Positions 18,946 through 29,100 of a stretch of 64,000 nt of DNA are shown piece after piece. How positions within the stretch are numbered: the first letter of the stretch is position 1; each line of letters begins with the position of its first letter. The notes under the pieces are model-generated. The model saw only the letters and a program-made list of their open reading frames with translations. It ran no database searches and had not been told where the DNA came from. Made by a program: the position numbers and the translations under genes. The stretch comes from Zhongshania sp. (GTDB taxonomy: Bacteria > Pseudomonadota > Gammaproteobacteria > Pseudomonadales > Spongiibacteraceae). Where the stretch lies: positions 12,584-76,583 of the forward strand of contig JBKEFB010000001.1 in the NCBI GenBank assembly GCA_046712405.1, read 5' to 3'.

Positions 18946-20604
18946 GTGATTGAACATATGGTATTACGAGGCTCTCTAGCCACATTGCTTGTTGTGGCCT
19001 TGACTGCATGCGGTGGCTCTAACTCCCCTAGAACTGGCAATTCCACTACGCCTGAAAGTAATCCAGTAATGATTGCGGCTTCGGCACAAGACGTCTTTAT
19101 TGAATCGCCCGTCGCCGACAATGCGAGTGGCGCTACCACCACTGCAATTGCCGCGACGGTGTTTATCCCTGAGCACGCGGATGGCGCCACCTATCCATTA
19201 ATACTCCATAGTCACGGCTGGGGTGGCGATCGAGTCACCGAGGCCGACACGCAAGCGCCATTCGACAGTTCTAAATTTTATTCTGTGGCCATTGATGCTG
19301 AGGTGAAACGATTCTGGCAAGAGGGGTATGCAGTAATCAGCTTCGATGAGCGTGGCTTCCACGATTCGTCCGGTGCGATTCGCGTGATGGACCCCGAATT
19401 TGAAACTCGCGATGCCATCGCAGTTCTCGATTGGGCAGAGAGTAATCTCTCGTTGTCGAGATCGTTGGATAACAACCCCTTAGTCGGGGCCATCGGTGGC
19501 AGCTATGGGGGTGGCTTCCAGTTGGCGCTCGCGGCATTTGATGATCGGCTCGACGCGATCACGCCCAGTGTTACATGGTATGACCTTCCTGAATCCTTGG
19601 TGCCCAATGGCGTGATTAAAAAGCTCTGGGTTTTCGGACTTTGTTTCTCGGCGGTCTCTGCCGGCGACCGCACGTTTTCAGATGAGCTGAACCAAGCCTG
19701 CCAACAAGCTGGAATCGACTCATCAACACGGTTTGCAGAAGATCTTGATCCAGCGTTGCTACAGTTTCTCGGTGCCCACGGTATGGCTGCGTTTGAGGCT
19801 CGGCATAAGGATGCAAGTGACGCATTCTGGGTCCGCGGGGTAGACGCACTGTTAACCCAAGGGCAGCGAGATTTGCTGTTCCCATTAAACAACGCGATGG
19901 AGAACTACCGTTTTCTCAGCTCCCTGGGTGGTGACGTGCGCCTAATTACGCATCAACATGGCCACTACATTGGCCCGCCACTTGACGTGCAGGCACCCTT
20001 AGGGGCGACGCGTTGTGGGAGTGTGGATACCTTGGAGGCAAAGCATGCATGGTTCGCTGAGAAACTCAAAGGTGAAGCGGGTGCAGCAGCGCTCATCCCA
20101 ACGATCTGTATTGGTCTAGACGATAACAACGGGGCGGCGCTGACTAGCGCAGCTGTCGCAGCAGCCACCTACCGCGTTACCGTTCCGGCAACCTCGATCA
20201 ACTCGATCCAAAATAACTACGGTGGCGACGCCCCTACCTTCATTCTGTTAGCCGCGCCGATCAGCGAAACGAATTTAGTGCTAGCAGGTATCCCGGTTGC
20301 AAATGTTACTGTGACGCCGAATGTGCCCATGACCAAGGTGGCCGCCTTCGTTGGTATTGGTGTGTTATCCCTTGGTGACAGCAGTGCACGCTTAATCGAC
20401 GATCAAGTCGCGCCTTTACGCAATGGCGATCACGTTGACAAACAGCTCATTGGTGTTGGAGAAGTATTGAAAGCGGGGGATCAGATTGGTGTCTTGATTT
20501 ATGGCGACTATGACGCTTTTAATAATGTCGCTCACACCGCATGGCAAACTAACCTATATTCGATCAGCGGTAGCATTGATTTACCAATAGTTGTCGTGCC
20601 ATGA
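18946..20604 (+). CDS. Lipoprotein alpha/beta hydrolase, CocE/NonD (peptidase S15) family
   Basis: Lipobox LTAC, HGWGG, DERGF, nucleophile GGSYGG. Confidence 0.8.
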   Translation: MIEHMVLRGSLATLLVVALTACGGSNSPRTGNSTTPESNPVMIAASAQDVFIESPVADNASGATTTAIAATVFIPEHADGATYPLILHSHGWGGDRVTEADTQAPFDSSKFYSVAIDAEVKRFWQEGYAVISFDERGFHDSSGAIRVMDPEFETRDAIAVLDWAESNLSLSRSLDNNPLVGAIGGSYGGGFQLALAAFDDRLDAITPSVTWYDLPESLVPNGVIKKLWVFGLCFSAVSAGDRTFSDELNQACQQAGIDSSTRFAEDLDPALLQFLGAHGMAAFEARHKDASDAFWVRGVDALLTQGQRDLLFPLNNAMENYRFLSSLGGDVRLITHQHGHYIGPPLDVQAPLGATRCGSVDTLEAKHAWFAEKLKGEAGAAALIPTICIGLDDNNGAALTSAAVAAATYRVTVPATSINSIQNNYGGDAPTFILLAAPISETNLVLAGIPVANVTVTPNVPMTKVAAFVGIGVLSLGDSSARLIDDQVAPLRNGDHVDKQLIGVGEVLKAGDQIGVLIYGDYDAFNNVAHTAWQTNLYSISGSIDLPIVVVP

Positions 20605-20771
20605 GGTATTTTGCGCCCGCCATCGTGGCTATCAGCTCGGTAATTCTGTCGGCTTGCAGGAGCAGTGGTGGCAACTATGAAATCGACAATGCTGCGCTCC
20701 AGGAGCTTTGTCTAGACTGCGGTACACCACGCCAAATCGTAAACTGTAATGGATGCACAAAAACGACGTGA
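20601..20771 (+). CDS. Small 56-aa putative lipoprotein or gene remnant
   Basis: ATGA overlap with upstream stop; MRYFAPAIVAISSVILSAC lipobox; below ORF-track cutoff. Confidence 0.35.
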   Translation: MRYFAPAIVAISSVILSACRSSGGNYEIDNAALQELCLDCGTPRQIVNCNGCTKTT

Positions 20772-21239
20772 TTATTCAAGACAGTGATCGCCGCAACATC
20801 AATGGTGGTAAGACGATCGATAGGGGTATTGAAGCCAGTATAAACTGGCAACTGAGCCCTAGCCTGCAGTGGCAGCTACAGGGAAGCTACAGCAAACACC
20901 AATACGGCAACGACGCACTTGCGCCTGAGGGCAATGAACTTGATACCGCGCCCCGGCAACTCGCCAGTACCCTGTTGCGCTGGAGGCCATTTACTAACAC
21001 CACATTGGAGCTGGAAGTCGAATATCAGGGCAAGTACTTCTTAGAACAAAATAATGTGCATCAATATCCGGGCCACACCTTGGCGTCAGCGATTGAGCAA
21101 ACAGCTTTATATGACTGTCAGGGTCAATAATATTGCTAATATCAGTTACGCTGACCGTGCTGATTTTGCCTTTGACAACTATCGCTACTTTGTTGGTCAG
21201 GCCCGCGCTAGCTACCTAGAAATTGGCCTGGATTTCTAG
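20753..21239 (+). pseudogene. C-terminal fragment of a TonB-dependent receptor, frameshifted
   Basis: Barrel strands in two frames (RGIEASINWQL...; VNNIAN...YFVGQARASYLEIGLDF); no plug or signal peptide. Confidence 0.8.
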
Positions 21240-21462
21240 CAAACTATTTGAATTGCCATCGCCGTCTAGCTGTTTAGTAAGTAATACTCATCTAAGTATC
21301 CCAATACACCTGAGCCAACATTGGACTTCCCAGAGTTTGTATGGATTAGCACTGGTAGTTTTTGAGAAATCGGGTGTGTATTTAGAGCTAGTTGGTAAGA
21401 TCTGAAACCGGCTATTACCCGAAATCCCCCTCGTTTTCGACAACGTGAATTGGGTGTAATTT

Positions 21463-21530
21463 GAGCGCAGCGACGCAGCTCCGAAGGGGCCAAGACAGCC
21501 AGACGTTGTTTTGATTAGTCCTCACCTCCA
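21463..21530 (+). repeat. Degenerate structured repeat, copy 1 (tRNA-linked-repeat-like)
   Basis: gagcgcagcgacgcagctccgaagggg...; aligns without gaps to 22872-22935 (44/64 identical by hand count). Confidence 0.6.
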
Positions 21531-21706
21531 GTTTGCGGCTAAGCTCTATCGTCTTCCGTTCCTTTATAGATTCGGTGATACGCTATGGTTTATCGTTCGA
21601 CTACGACATTTTTTGTTATATTGTTAGATAATGCTCCGTCACCTGCTATATGACGGTGAGAGGGACAGACTGTTTTAAAGGGATTTCAACTAAAACGGAG
21701 CAATAA

Positions 21707-22771
21707 ATGCCAATGCAATTTCACCTATTATTACTAACGAGTGTGTTAGTAATAATATCAGGCTGCGCGTCCACCAGCGTAGCAAACAGAGAACAAATCG
21801 AGTTGGACGCATTGAGGCGCGCCAGCAGCGCCGATATTACACCGATAGATGCGCTTAGACGGGCCTCAGCTGATTATGACGAAGCGATTGCGAGTGAGCT
21901 GCAGTTCTACGCACCTTCTCATATGGAAAGCGCCAGTGAAAAGCTGCAGAGCGCATTCAAACTCAGTAAGACTGCGCGTGAGCCCGACGAGAAAATTGCG
22001 GCGATCAGCGCGGCTTTTGCAGCTAAAAAGTTAATCGCAGATGCCTATAGCAATAAAGTAATGGTGGAATTGACCTTGAGCAGGGCTCTTGATCACTACA
22101 AAGTTCTCGCAGAGCTAAATACTGAGATTATTCACCCGCAACTCTATCGAAAGGCGACTACCAAGCTGGAAAGCCTGATCCGTGATATAGAAAGCGGCCT
22201 GCGGGCTAACGCGAAAAAAGATGAAGCGAGCGTACTCGAATACTACGCGGAAGTTGAAATTGAAACGCTAAAAACCACCTACTTAAATAAAGCAATACAG
22301 AAACTCGACGAGGCAGAGTCTAATGACGTCGATGATATCGCTGAGGTGACCTATGATAAAGCCGAGGCGGCAGTCGACTTTGCTGGCGAGTTTATCGAAA
22401 AGAATTATCGTGACCGCGAGGGTGTTCGGCGCGTATGCGATACAGCGTACACCGCTGTGTTGCACGCCTATTATGTTGCCGAGGAAACGGCAAAAATTAT
22501 TGAGGTTGACGCCGAGGATGCCGAGCAATACGTTTTGTATGTGGGCGGTCTGTTGCAGCTAATTAACGAAGAGATAGGTATTAAAAACCTAATGGCAATG
22601 TCGCCGCGTGAGCAAGCTCGGAGCTTGGCCGAAGCCATAAAGCTTAGTTCTATGACTTACAGCACGCCAGCCACTGAACAAGCCTTGAGTAGACCGGTCG
22701 CCGTTGTGCCTAGTCTTAGCGCGCAATCTAGTCTCTATATTGAATTTGATGAGAGCGGATCAGCCGAATAA
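21707..22771 (+). CDS. Hypothetical alpha-helical lipoprotein
   Basis: RBS GGAG, lipobox ISGC, Ala/Glu-rich helical sequence, 354 aa. Confidence 0.75.
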   Translation: MPMQFHLLLLTSVLVIISGCASTSVANREQIELDALRRASSADITPIDALRRASADYDEAIASELQFYAPSHMESASEKLQSAFKLSKTAREPDEKIAAISAAFAAKKLIADAYSNKVMVELTLSRALDHYKVLAELNTEIIHPQLYRKATTKLESLIRDIESGLRANAKKDEASVLEYYAEVEIETLKTTYLNKAIQKLDEAESNDVDDIAEVTYDKAEAAVDFAGEFIEKNYRDREGVRRVCDTAYTAVLHAYYVAEETAKIIEVDAEDAEQYVLYVGGLLQLINEEIGIKNLMAMSPREQARSLAEAIKLSSMTYSTPATEQALSRPVAVVPSLSAQSSLYIEFDESGSAE

Positions 22772-22871
22772 ATGATCCGCTTACTGGCTGAACGCTAGAC
22801 CGTTTTATAATTCCTTTCAATGCTGGCCGGGCGAGTCTGGACGGATATATTTACGGTTCAGTTTAAATAAG

Positions 22872-22935
22872 GAGTGCAGCGCCGCAGCTCCAAAGCGGTC
22901 ATTGCAGCCCAAGGCTACTATGGTTAATTCCCCCC
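22872..22935 (+). repeat. Degenerate structured repeat, copy 2
   Basis: gagtgcagcgccgcagctccaaagcgg...; direct repeat of 21463-21526. Confidence 0.6.
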
Positions 22936-22991
22936 CTAGTTCCCTGCCCATAGCCTTGTACACTCGGTTAAATCGACCGCTTAGTCGGCGC

Positions 22992-23912
22992 TTATTTGCG
23001 GGCTAAACGCGCGAAAAATCCTTTCTTGGGTGGAGCGGCTTTGACACTGCTTGGCGATGCTTGTTGTTGAATCGGAAGTTCAATGGCAAATTCGGCACTA
23101 CCCACACGAATAATGTCGCCATTTTTAAGGTAAGTGGATAAGCCCTTTAGTTCGTTAACAAAGGTGCCGTTGGTGGACATCCAGTTGACGACTTTCCAGC
23201 GCGGGCCCTCGTTGATTAACTGGGCGTGCAGTCCAGAGACGCTTGACTCGGCTACCCAGATGTCGACATTTTGTTGATCCCGACCGATTTTCCAGACGCT
23301 TGTGACGCTGGTATCCAGTGGATAGATGACGCCCTGCATACTGAGGTTTAAGCCTATCAAGCGAGGTGTGTCGCCTATTGGTTCTATATTTAAATTACCA
23401 TCGCGGTAGTTTTTGCTTGCTTCAGAGCCTGCGCTTTCAGAGAAAAAAACCGTGCCAGTAGCTTGTTCAAGCCCGGCGGTCTCTGACCACATTGCGGGGA
23501 TGTCTGTTTCCGCCGAGGCCTTAGCTGGTGCAGCGGGGGGGGAAGACGGCGCGATTTCTGGTGGACGGTAGGCCCCAATTTGAGTGGCGTCATCGTCGTC
23601 ATTAAATGTGCTCGTGTCTTGGTCTGATTCTAGCGACACTTTCAGTTCGAAGTCGCCTATCTGGAGTGCATCGTCATTTTTAAGAGTCGTTTCGCCAACC
23701 ACTTTGATGGTGTTAATGTAACTGCCGTTACTTGAGCCAAAGTCTTCAAAGGTCAAGATGTCGTCTTTAATTTTTAGCACGCCATGGTTTCTAGACACAC
23801 TCGAGCTAAGCAGCCTGATGTCGCTTTCTGGGCTGCGGCCAATTGACGTTTCTGTCGTTACTATTAAATAGTCAATGGCGCTGGCAGTGTCGTGAAGTTT
23901 AATGATTCCCAT
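22992..23912 (-). CDS. Double FHA-domain protein
   Basis: Two canonical FHA signatures (IGRS..VSRNH..SSNGSY; IGRD..VSGLH..STNGTF) joined by an acidic, Pro- and Thr-containing linker. Confidence 0.9.
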   Translation of the reverse strand: MGIIKLHDTASAIDYLIVTTETSIGRSPESDIRLLSSSVSRNHGVLKIKDDILTFEDFGSSNGSYINTIKVVGETTLKNDDALQIGDFELKVSLESDQDTSTFNDDDDATQIGAYRPPEIAPSSPPAAPAKASAETDIPAMWSETAGLEQATGTVFFSESAGSEASKNYRDGNLNIEPIGDTPRLIGLNLSMQGVIYPLDTSVTSVWKIGRDQQNVDIWVAESSVSGLHAQLINEGPRWKVVNWMSTNGTFVNELKGLSTYLKNGDIIRVGSAEFAIELPIQQQASPSSVKAAPPKKGFFARLARK

Positions 23913-23960
23913 TTTATGCTTCCTTTCAATGTGGATAATGTAGTGTACGTTTTATATTCA

Positions 23961-24743
23961 TTACGTTGCGAAATGTTCAGTGAAGCCGTCGATGCGCGCG
24001 ATAGCTACTACCGGTAGTATCGGTATGGTCTCGTTTTCTTGCGGTATTACATCACTATCGACTAGTACCGCAGTGATATTGTCTGCGCCGTTATTCGCCA
24101 AGGCCATTGCCAGTAACTGTTCGAGCTGTTGTGCGCTTGTAATAGGTTTATTCATTACTCGCGCTATGTCGCAGGCATCGATGGCATCGTGTAGGCCGTC
24201 ACTGCAGAGCAATAACTTTTCGCCTTTAAAGAGCGCGCCCTTTATAAGAGGAACATCGTGCTCATTGAATTCGCCGTGGCCAATAGCACGAGTAATAATA
24301 TTTTTTTGGGGGTGGGTTATGGCCTCGCTATAGCTGATTTCACCGCGACTTATCATGGCTTCAACTTGCGAATGATCGCGACTAATTTGACGTAGTTCGC
24401 CGTCCCATAAATAGGCTCGACTGTCGCCAATCCAAGCTAGTTCAAAATGGTGGCCACTAAAATGTGCCACCACAATAGTAGACCCCATTCCGATTTTTCC
24501 ACGGCCGTCTTCTGCTGCGCGTAATACTTCTTGATGCGCGCTATACACCGCGACGGCCAGCGGCGTTTCTTGATCTAGTAGATCGATTACTTGATTGGCA
24601 ACGATACTGGCAGCAATTTCACCCGCTGCTGGCCCCCCCATGCCATCGGCAACCAGTGCGATCCCCCAATTGCTGTCGGCGACGAAACGATCCTCATTGG
24701 TTGCGCGTTGCGCGATATTACTTCTACCTAAAATGCTAATCAT
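23961..24743 (-). CDS. PP2C/PPM family Ser/Thr protein phosphatase
   Basis: NED, VADGMGG, MGST, GDSRAY, LCSDGL, DNIT. Confidence 0.93.
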   Translation of the reverse strand: MISILGRSNIAQRATNEDRFVADSNWGIALVADGMGGPAAGEIAASIVANQVIDLLDQETPLAVAVYSAHQEVLRAAEDGRGKIGMGSTIVVAHFSGHHFELAWIGDSRAYLWDGELRQISRDHSQVEAMISRGEISYSEAITHPQKNIITRAIGHGEFNEHDVPLIKGALFKGEKLLLCSDGLHDAIDACDIARVMNKPITSAQQLEQLLAMALANNGADNITAVLVDSDVIPQENETIPILPVVAIARIDGFTEHFAT

Positions 24744-24746
24744 GCA

Positions 24747-26138
24747 CTAGTTCTCTGTAGCAGATTTTAAAGCTTCTTGAACTGCTGCTTTGAATTGACG
24801 TGGATTATATTTTTTGTCATCGCTAAGAATTGTAAAAATTTCATCATAGCGCTGCGTGCCGTTTGTGGAATTATTTTGGTCAAAACTGAGAACTTGTAAG
24901 CCTAAAAAAAGTTGTTCTGCGTCAGCGTAATCTCGAACGTCACCGCTTGCACCCTGTTTCAGTAGCGCGCTAGTAATTGCCTGTTGCTCACGATTGTTAA
25001 GAGCCGAATCACCCATGCTTTGTATCGCTCTTTCTACTAAGGCCATGAGTTTGCGACTGCTAATTTGCAGTGCTTGTTTGCTGACGACCGTTGATTGGTT
25101 TAGCTGCTGAATGGCAAGGGTTAGCTCCTGTCCTAAGCTTTCATTTCGTACCGAAACCACCGTGGCAATAGTTCGCAGCGCATTGTCATTGATACGAATT
25201 GCCCCTGCGGGTAGTAATTTCTTGTCCGTGAGGGGACGCTGTACTCGGGTATCCATGGGCCGGTGACAAGAGTGGCAGTCGAATACCGCCAACTCTGGGA
25301 ATAGCCCCTGTGGCATGCTGTGTTTTTCTAGGACGGTGAGTGAATCTTGCGCGGCCTGCATGCGTCCCGCTAGCCAGCGGGTGGTGGCCAAGCTACTTTT
25401 TCCCCGCTGATAATAGTCAGCATCGTTGCTATGGTGGGGTGGCATTAGCGCCAGCCAAGTGTCTAATTCGAAGCGTAGGCGAGGATGGCCGGCGGCCATC
25501 ATTTCATGATTAGCGAGTTGATTAGCATTGCCAAGGTGGCATGACTGACATAACTTGGCCGCAAAGGCGGGGTCTTCGGTTGGCGATAAGCCATTTTTTA
25601 AGTTGGCTTGATGCCTAGCAAGGGCATTGTCAGAAGCTGTGCTGGTATTGGCGCCATAATGAGAGTCTATCCAATTTTCTGCGCCACCGTGACAGACTTC
25701 GCAGCCAATACCGTCCGAGATATGAAACTTCGCGCCCTGCAAGTTGGTCGGCGTGGTGTCGGCGTGGCAGGCTAGACATTCCGCCGCCGTACTCGCGTCT
25801 TGAATCCCCATATTGTCGGCGATGCGTTTTGAATCAGTATTTTTTAAAATGGCATAGGCGCGAGAGTGATTATCGTACTTCGCCCAGGTGCGATATTCAT
25901 TCTGTAATACATTGCCTTGTTCAACTGCGGCCGCGCGACCGTGACAAACACTGTTTGCGCAACTAGCTACACCTAGGTGCATGGCTTCAGTGCTGGCCTC
26001 GGCAGTGGTGGTTGCACTGGTGTTTGGGTTTACCTTGGCGGCGTGCACTACGCTCGGGTGAAAGCAAAGCATTGCCAGTAAGTAAAGCCCTAGCCAAGGG
26101 GTGCTGTCATTAAGCCTGGGCTGCTTAGTTTTATTCAT
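24747..26138 (-). CDS. Periplasmic pentaheme cytochrome c (c554-like N-terminal domain plus helical C-terminal domain)
   Basis: Signal peptide; CANSVCH, CLACH, CEVCH, CQSCH, CHSCH; start at ATG 26138 overlapping the upstream stop. Confidence 0.85.
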   Translation of the reverse strand: MNKTKQPRLNDSTPWLGLYLLAMLCFHPSVVHAAKVNPNTSATTTAEASTEAMHLGVASCANSVCHGRAAAVEQGNVLQNEYRTWAKYDNHSRAYAILKNTDSKRIADNMGIQDASTAAECLACHADTTPTNLQGAKFHISDGIGCEVCHGGAENWIDSHYGANTSTASDNALARHQANLKNGLSPTEDPAFAAKLCQSCHLGNANQLANHEMMAAGHPRLRFELDTWLALMPPHHSNDADYYQRGKSSLATTRWLAGRMQAAQDSLTVLEKHSMPQGLFPELAVFDCHSCHRPMDTRVQRPLTDKKLLPAGAIRINDNALRTIATVVSVRNESLGQELTLAIQQLNQSTVVSKQALQISSRKLMALVERAIQSMGDSALNNREQQAITSALLKQGASGDVRDYADAEQLFLGLQVLSFDQNNSTNGTQRYDEIFTILSDDKKYNPRQFKAAVQEALKSATEN

Positions 26139-29100
26139 GCTTCGCTCCGGATCCGGGTTTGCTCGGCGTATCTTCCACAAACCATGGTTCGCCATCTTTA
26201 TCTAAATAGAGTTTGTGCATTTCTTTTAAATTCATTGGCCGCGCGCCACGTCGTCCAAATACCGCGATTTGGCCGCCACTTTCGTCCACCGCGCGATCTC
26301 TAGCCAATCCCCGCGACAAACTTAATGCCGGGCTGGCGGTTTGCTTACTCGCAATCCACAGCGGGTTTGGTTTGGGGTTAAAGCCGTAGAACTTTGGCTG
26401 TAATTCTGGTGAGCTTAATTGAATAACATTGAGCCCTGTTTTTGCATCAGCGACATAAGCAAACAGTGATGCGTTAGTTGTGCCAATGACTACGTCTCTG
26501 CTGTCTTGCAAGTGGCCTTCGGCATTATAGCTTTGCAGTAAACGCATTTTTTCCGGACGCTCGATGTTTATGATGGCAAGACCTTGTTGTCCCGCCGCCA
26601 CGTAGGCGTAACCCCTAGCCAGACTGATTTTTTGGGCATCAGCAAGCGGCAGAGTGAACTCGGGTAATAAATGGGCTTTTTCTGGGAGGGTGACGTCGAC
26701 GAGTTTGATGCCGTCGGCATCGGTCACAAACAAATAGCGGAATTGCAGCGCTGAGGCGCGCCCGTCGTTGAGTGCAATGGTGTGGAGTAATTTCGGTTCT
26801 AAGGGTGAATTTATATCTATGACAAGCAGGCCCGCATCGGCGATGATGTAGAGGTAGTGACCGCCAATAGTGATGTGACGCGCTCCCTTTAACGCCCCGT
26901 CGGCATGCCAGCGCAGCGCGGCGTTTATAAAGTTATTGCGGGGTTCACCGTCGGCAAAGGTGTTGACGTCAACGACAATTAGACCCTCTTCGGTGTCGGT
27001 GACATAGGCGTAATTGTAAAGTGGATGAAAGGCTTGCTCCTTGTTGTCTACTCGCATTAAGTCGCCTTGATTGCGTTCTGGGGCAATGGGCTGAATGCTG
27101 GGGAGCGCAACACAGCTGGCATTTTCAGTGGCGACTTTTGCGTCGTGGCCGAGCGCACTATAAGGCGCGGTGATTAAACGTTGCGAAATGCCCTTGTTTT
27201 CAACCGAGGCAACATCTAAGACTCTGAAACCTGCTTTGCCATCGGCAATAAATAAATACTCACCGCGTAGCTGCAGGCACTGACTGCGTGCAGCGCTGTG
27301 TTCGTGAGAGGTTTGTAATTGCTGTTTCTGGGCCTGGTGGGCAGCAAAAAAGTCGGGGTAGGCATAGCGATGCAGATAGCTGCCGATGACCGCTTGGGGC
27401 TCGTCCCACTCGGTTACGGCAATGGCTTCAATATTATGTTCTTCACCCAACCACACATTACGGCCAATAAAATCGATGAACTTAGTACCCAACGTTAAGG
27501 TTTGAGCGATGATTGCGTTATTGTCTTTTTCCGCTGACAAGTGACAGTCGCTGCAGGTTTTGGTTTCGGTTTTACGCACGGTATGAGGAAAGTGCGGATT
27601 AAAGGCTTGGGAGCTAAATCCGCTGGCAGATATTGGCGCTTGCTGTACATATATGCGTTCGCGGTTAGCATTAGTAGACGACAGTACTAAGGCTGACGAT
27701 GATCGCACCGGCGCATATTTTCCGCCTTTGTAGGGTGCGCGTTTACCTAGCATAAAGATTTGATCACGGGCGACCTGCGGATTGTATGTGGCAAAATTGC
27801 GAGATTCACCGCCCTCAAAATGGTGGCGCTCGGATTTTTCATTTGCTTGTATTGGTAAATGACAGCCGCCACAACTCGTGGTCCATGAGGTGTGACAGGC
27901 ATAGCATTCCATCTCTTCAAAATTATGCGCCGCAGTATCTGGGGCGACATCGCTGCCCCAGTGTTGGGAACTAGGATCTTTAGACATCAGCTTGGCGCGT
28001 GCAGCTTTGGGGTTGTAGCTAGCGTGTTGGGGGTTTATCGAATCTTTAACGAGAGATAAGGTCCACTCAAGCTCGGGGTTGAGCATCGAGCGCTGCATGA
28101 GTTTACCATTTACCCATTCAAAGCGGCGGCGACCATCGGAATTGCGCAATAAGCTTAGATCGGTGGTGCTGGCATTGCTGGCGGGGCCAGAGGGCAGTAA
28201 GTTGGGGTATTTAGCCGCGGTGCCATGACAATCTACACAGCTTATTTCTACCGCTGCGGCAACTTCACCATACATATGGCCATTGCCGTGGTTATCTTGA
28301 TTGAAATGGCAGTCAACGCAGTGCATGCCCACTTCGGCGTGAATAGAGCGCATATGCACCGCTTTATCAAATTTTTCTGGGTCTTCATCACTGACAATAT
28401 TGTTATCACCGTCGAGTAAATTGCCGTCGCGATCGCGTTTAAATACGGCGCGAAAATTCCAGCCGTGGCCGTGGTAGTCGGCAAATTGAGTGTCTTCAAG
28501 TTCCGGATTGAGTTTGGATACATCTTTGAGAAAATCGACATCGGCCCATTTGCCTTTTGGTGCGGCGCCTTCGGGGTTGCGATCTAATATCTTGCGCTTG
28601 GTGGCCGCGTCGGGGTACTGCTGTTCTTTGGGCCACATATGCGGGGCGTCAGATTCGTAGTCCCACATGGTGTAACCCAAAAAGGAGTTAACGAACATAT
28701 TGGGTTGGTGCATATGGCAGACCATACACTGACTGGTTGGAATAGCGCGGGTGAAGCGATGCTCGATGGGGTGGCCCGACGCGGTTTTATCTATGGTTGG
28801 GTCAATGGTCTGACTTTTGCCAGTATTGCCAAAGGCGGCATAGGGCCCTGAGTGTAAGGGCTCGCGGTCATTGGCATATACCACATGGCAGCCAGTGCAG
28901 CCTGAGCTGCGATAATCGCCGGGTTGGTCATTGGTGCCCATAAACCAAAATAGCGGATCGTTGAGGCGGGTCTTGGTCATATTGATAAGTGGGACAGAAA
29001 TTCGTCCGCCGGTACCAGGGCCGCGATTAGACTGTTTGAAATCAGGTCTGCCGGGCTCTTCTAGGCGTTGAAGTTGCCCAAGTGCGTTGGGTATACCGGT

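Noticed and set aside
21400-21540. Intact tRNA gene
   Set aside because: No cloverleaf can be folded; only a 3'-end-like tract and a repeat body are present.
22992-24743. FHA + PP2C as part of a type VI secretion locus
   Set aside because: No tss, hcp, vgrG or ppkA genes in the window; the genes are coupled to the cytochrome operon.
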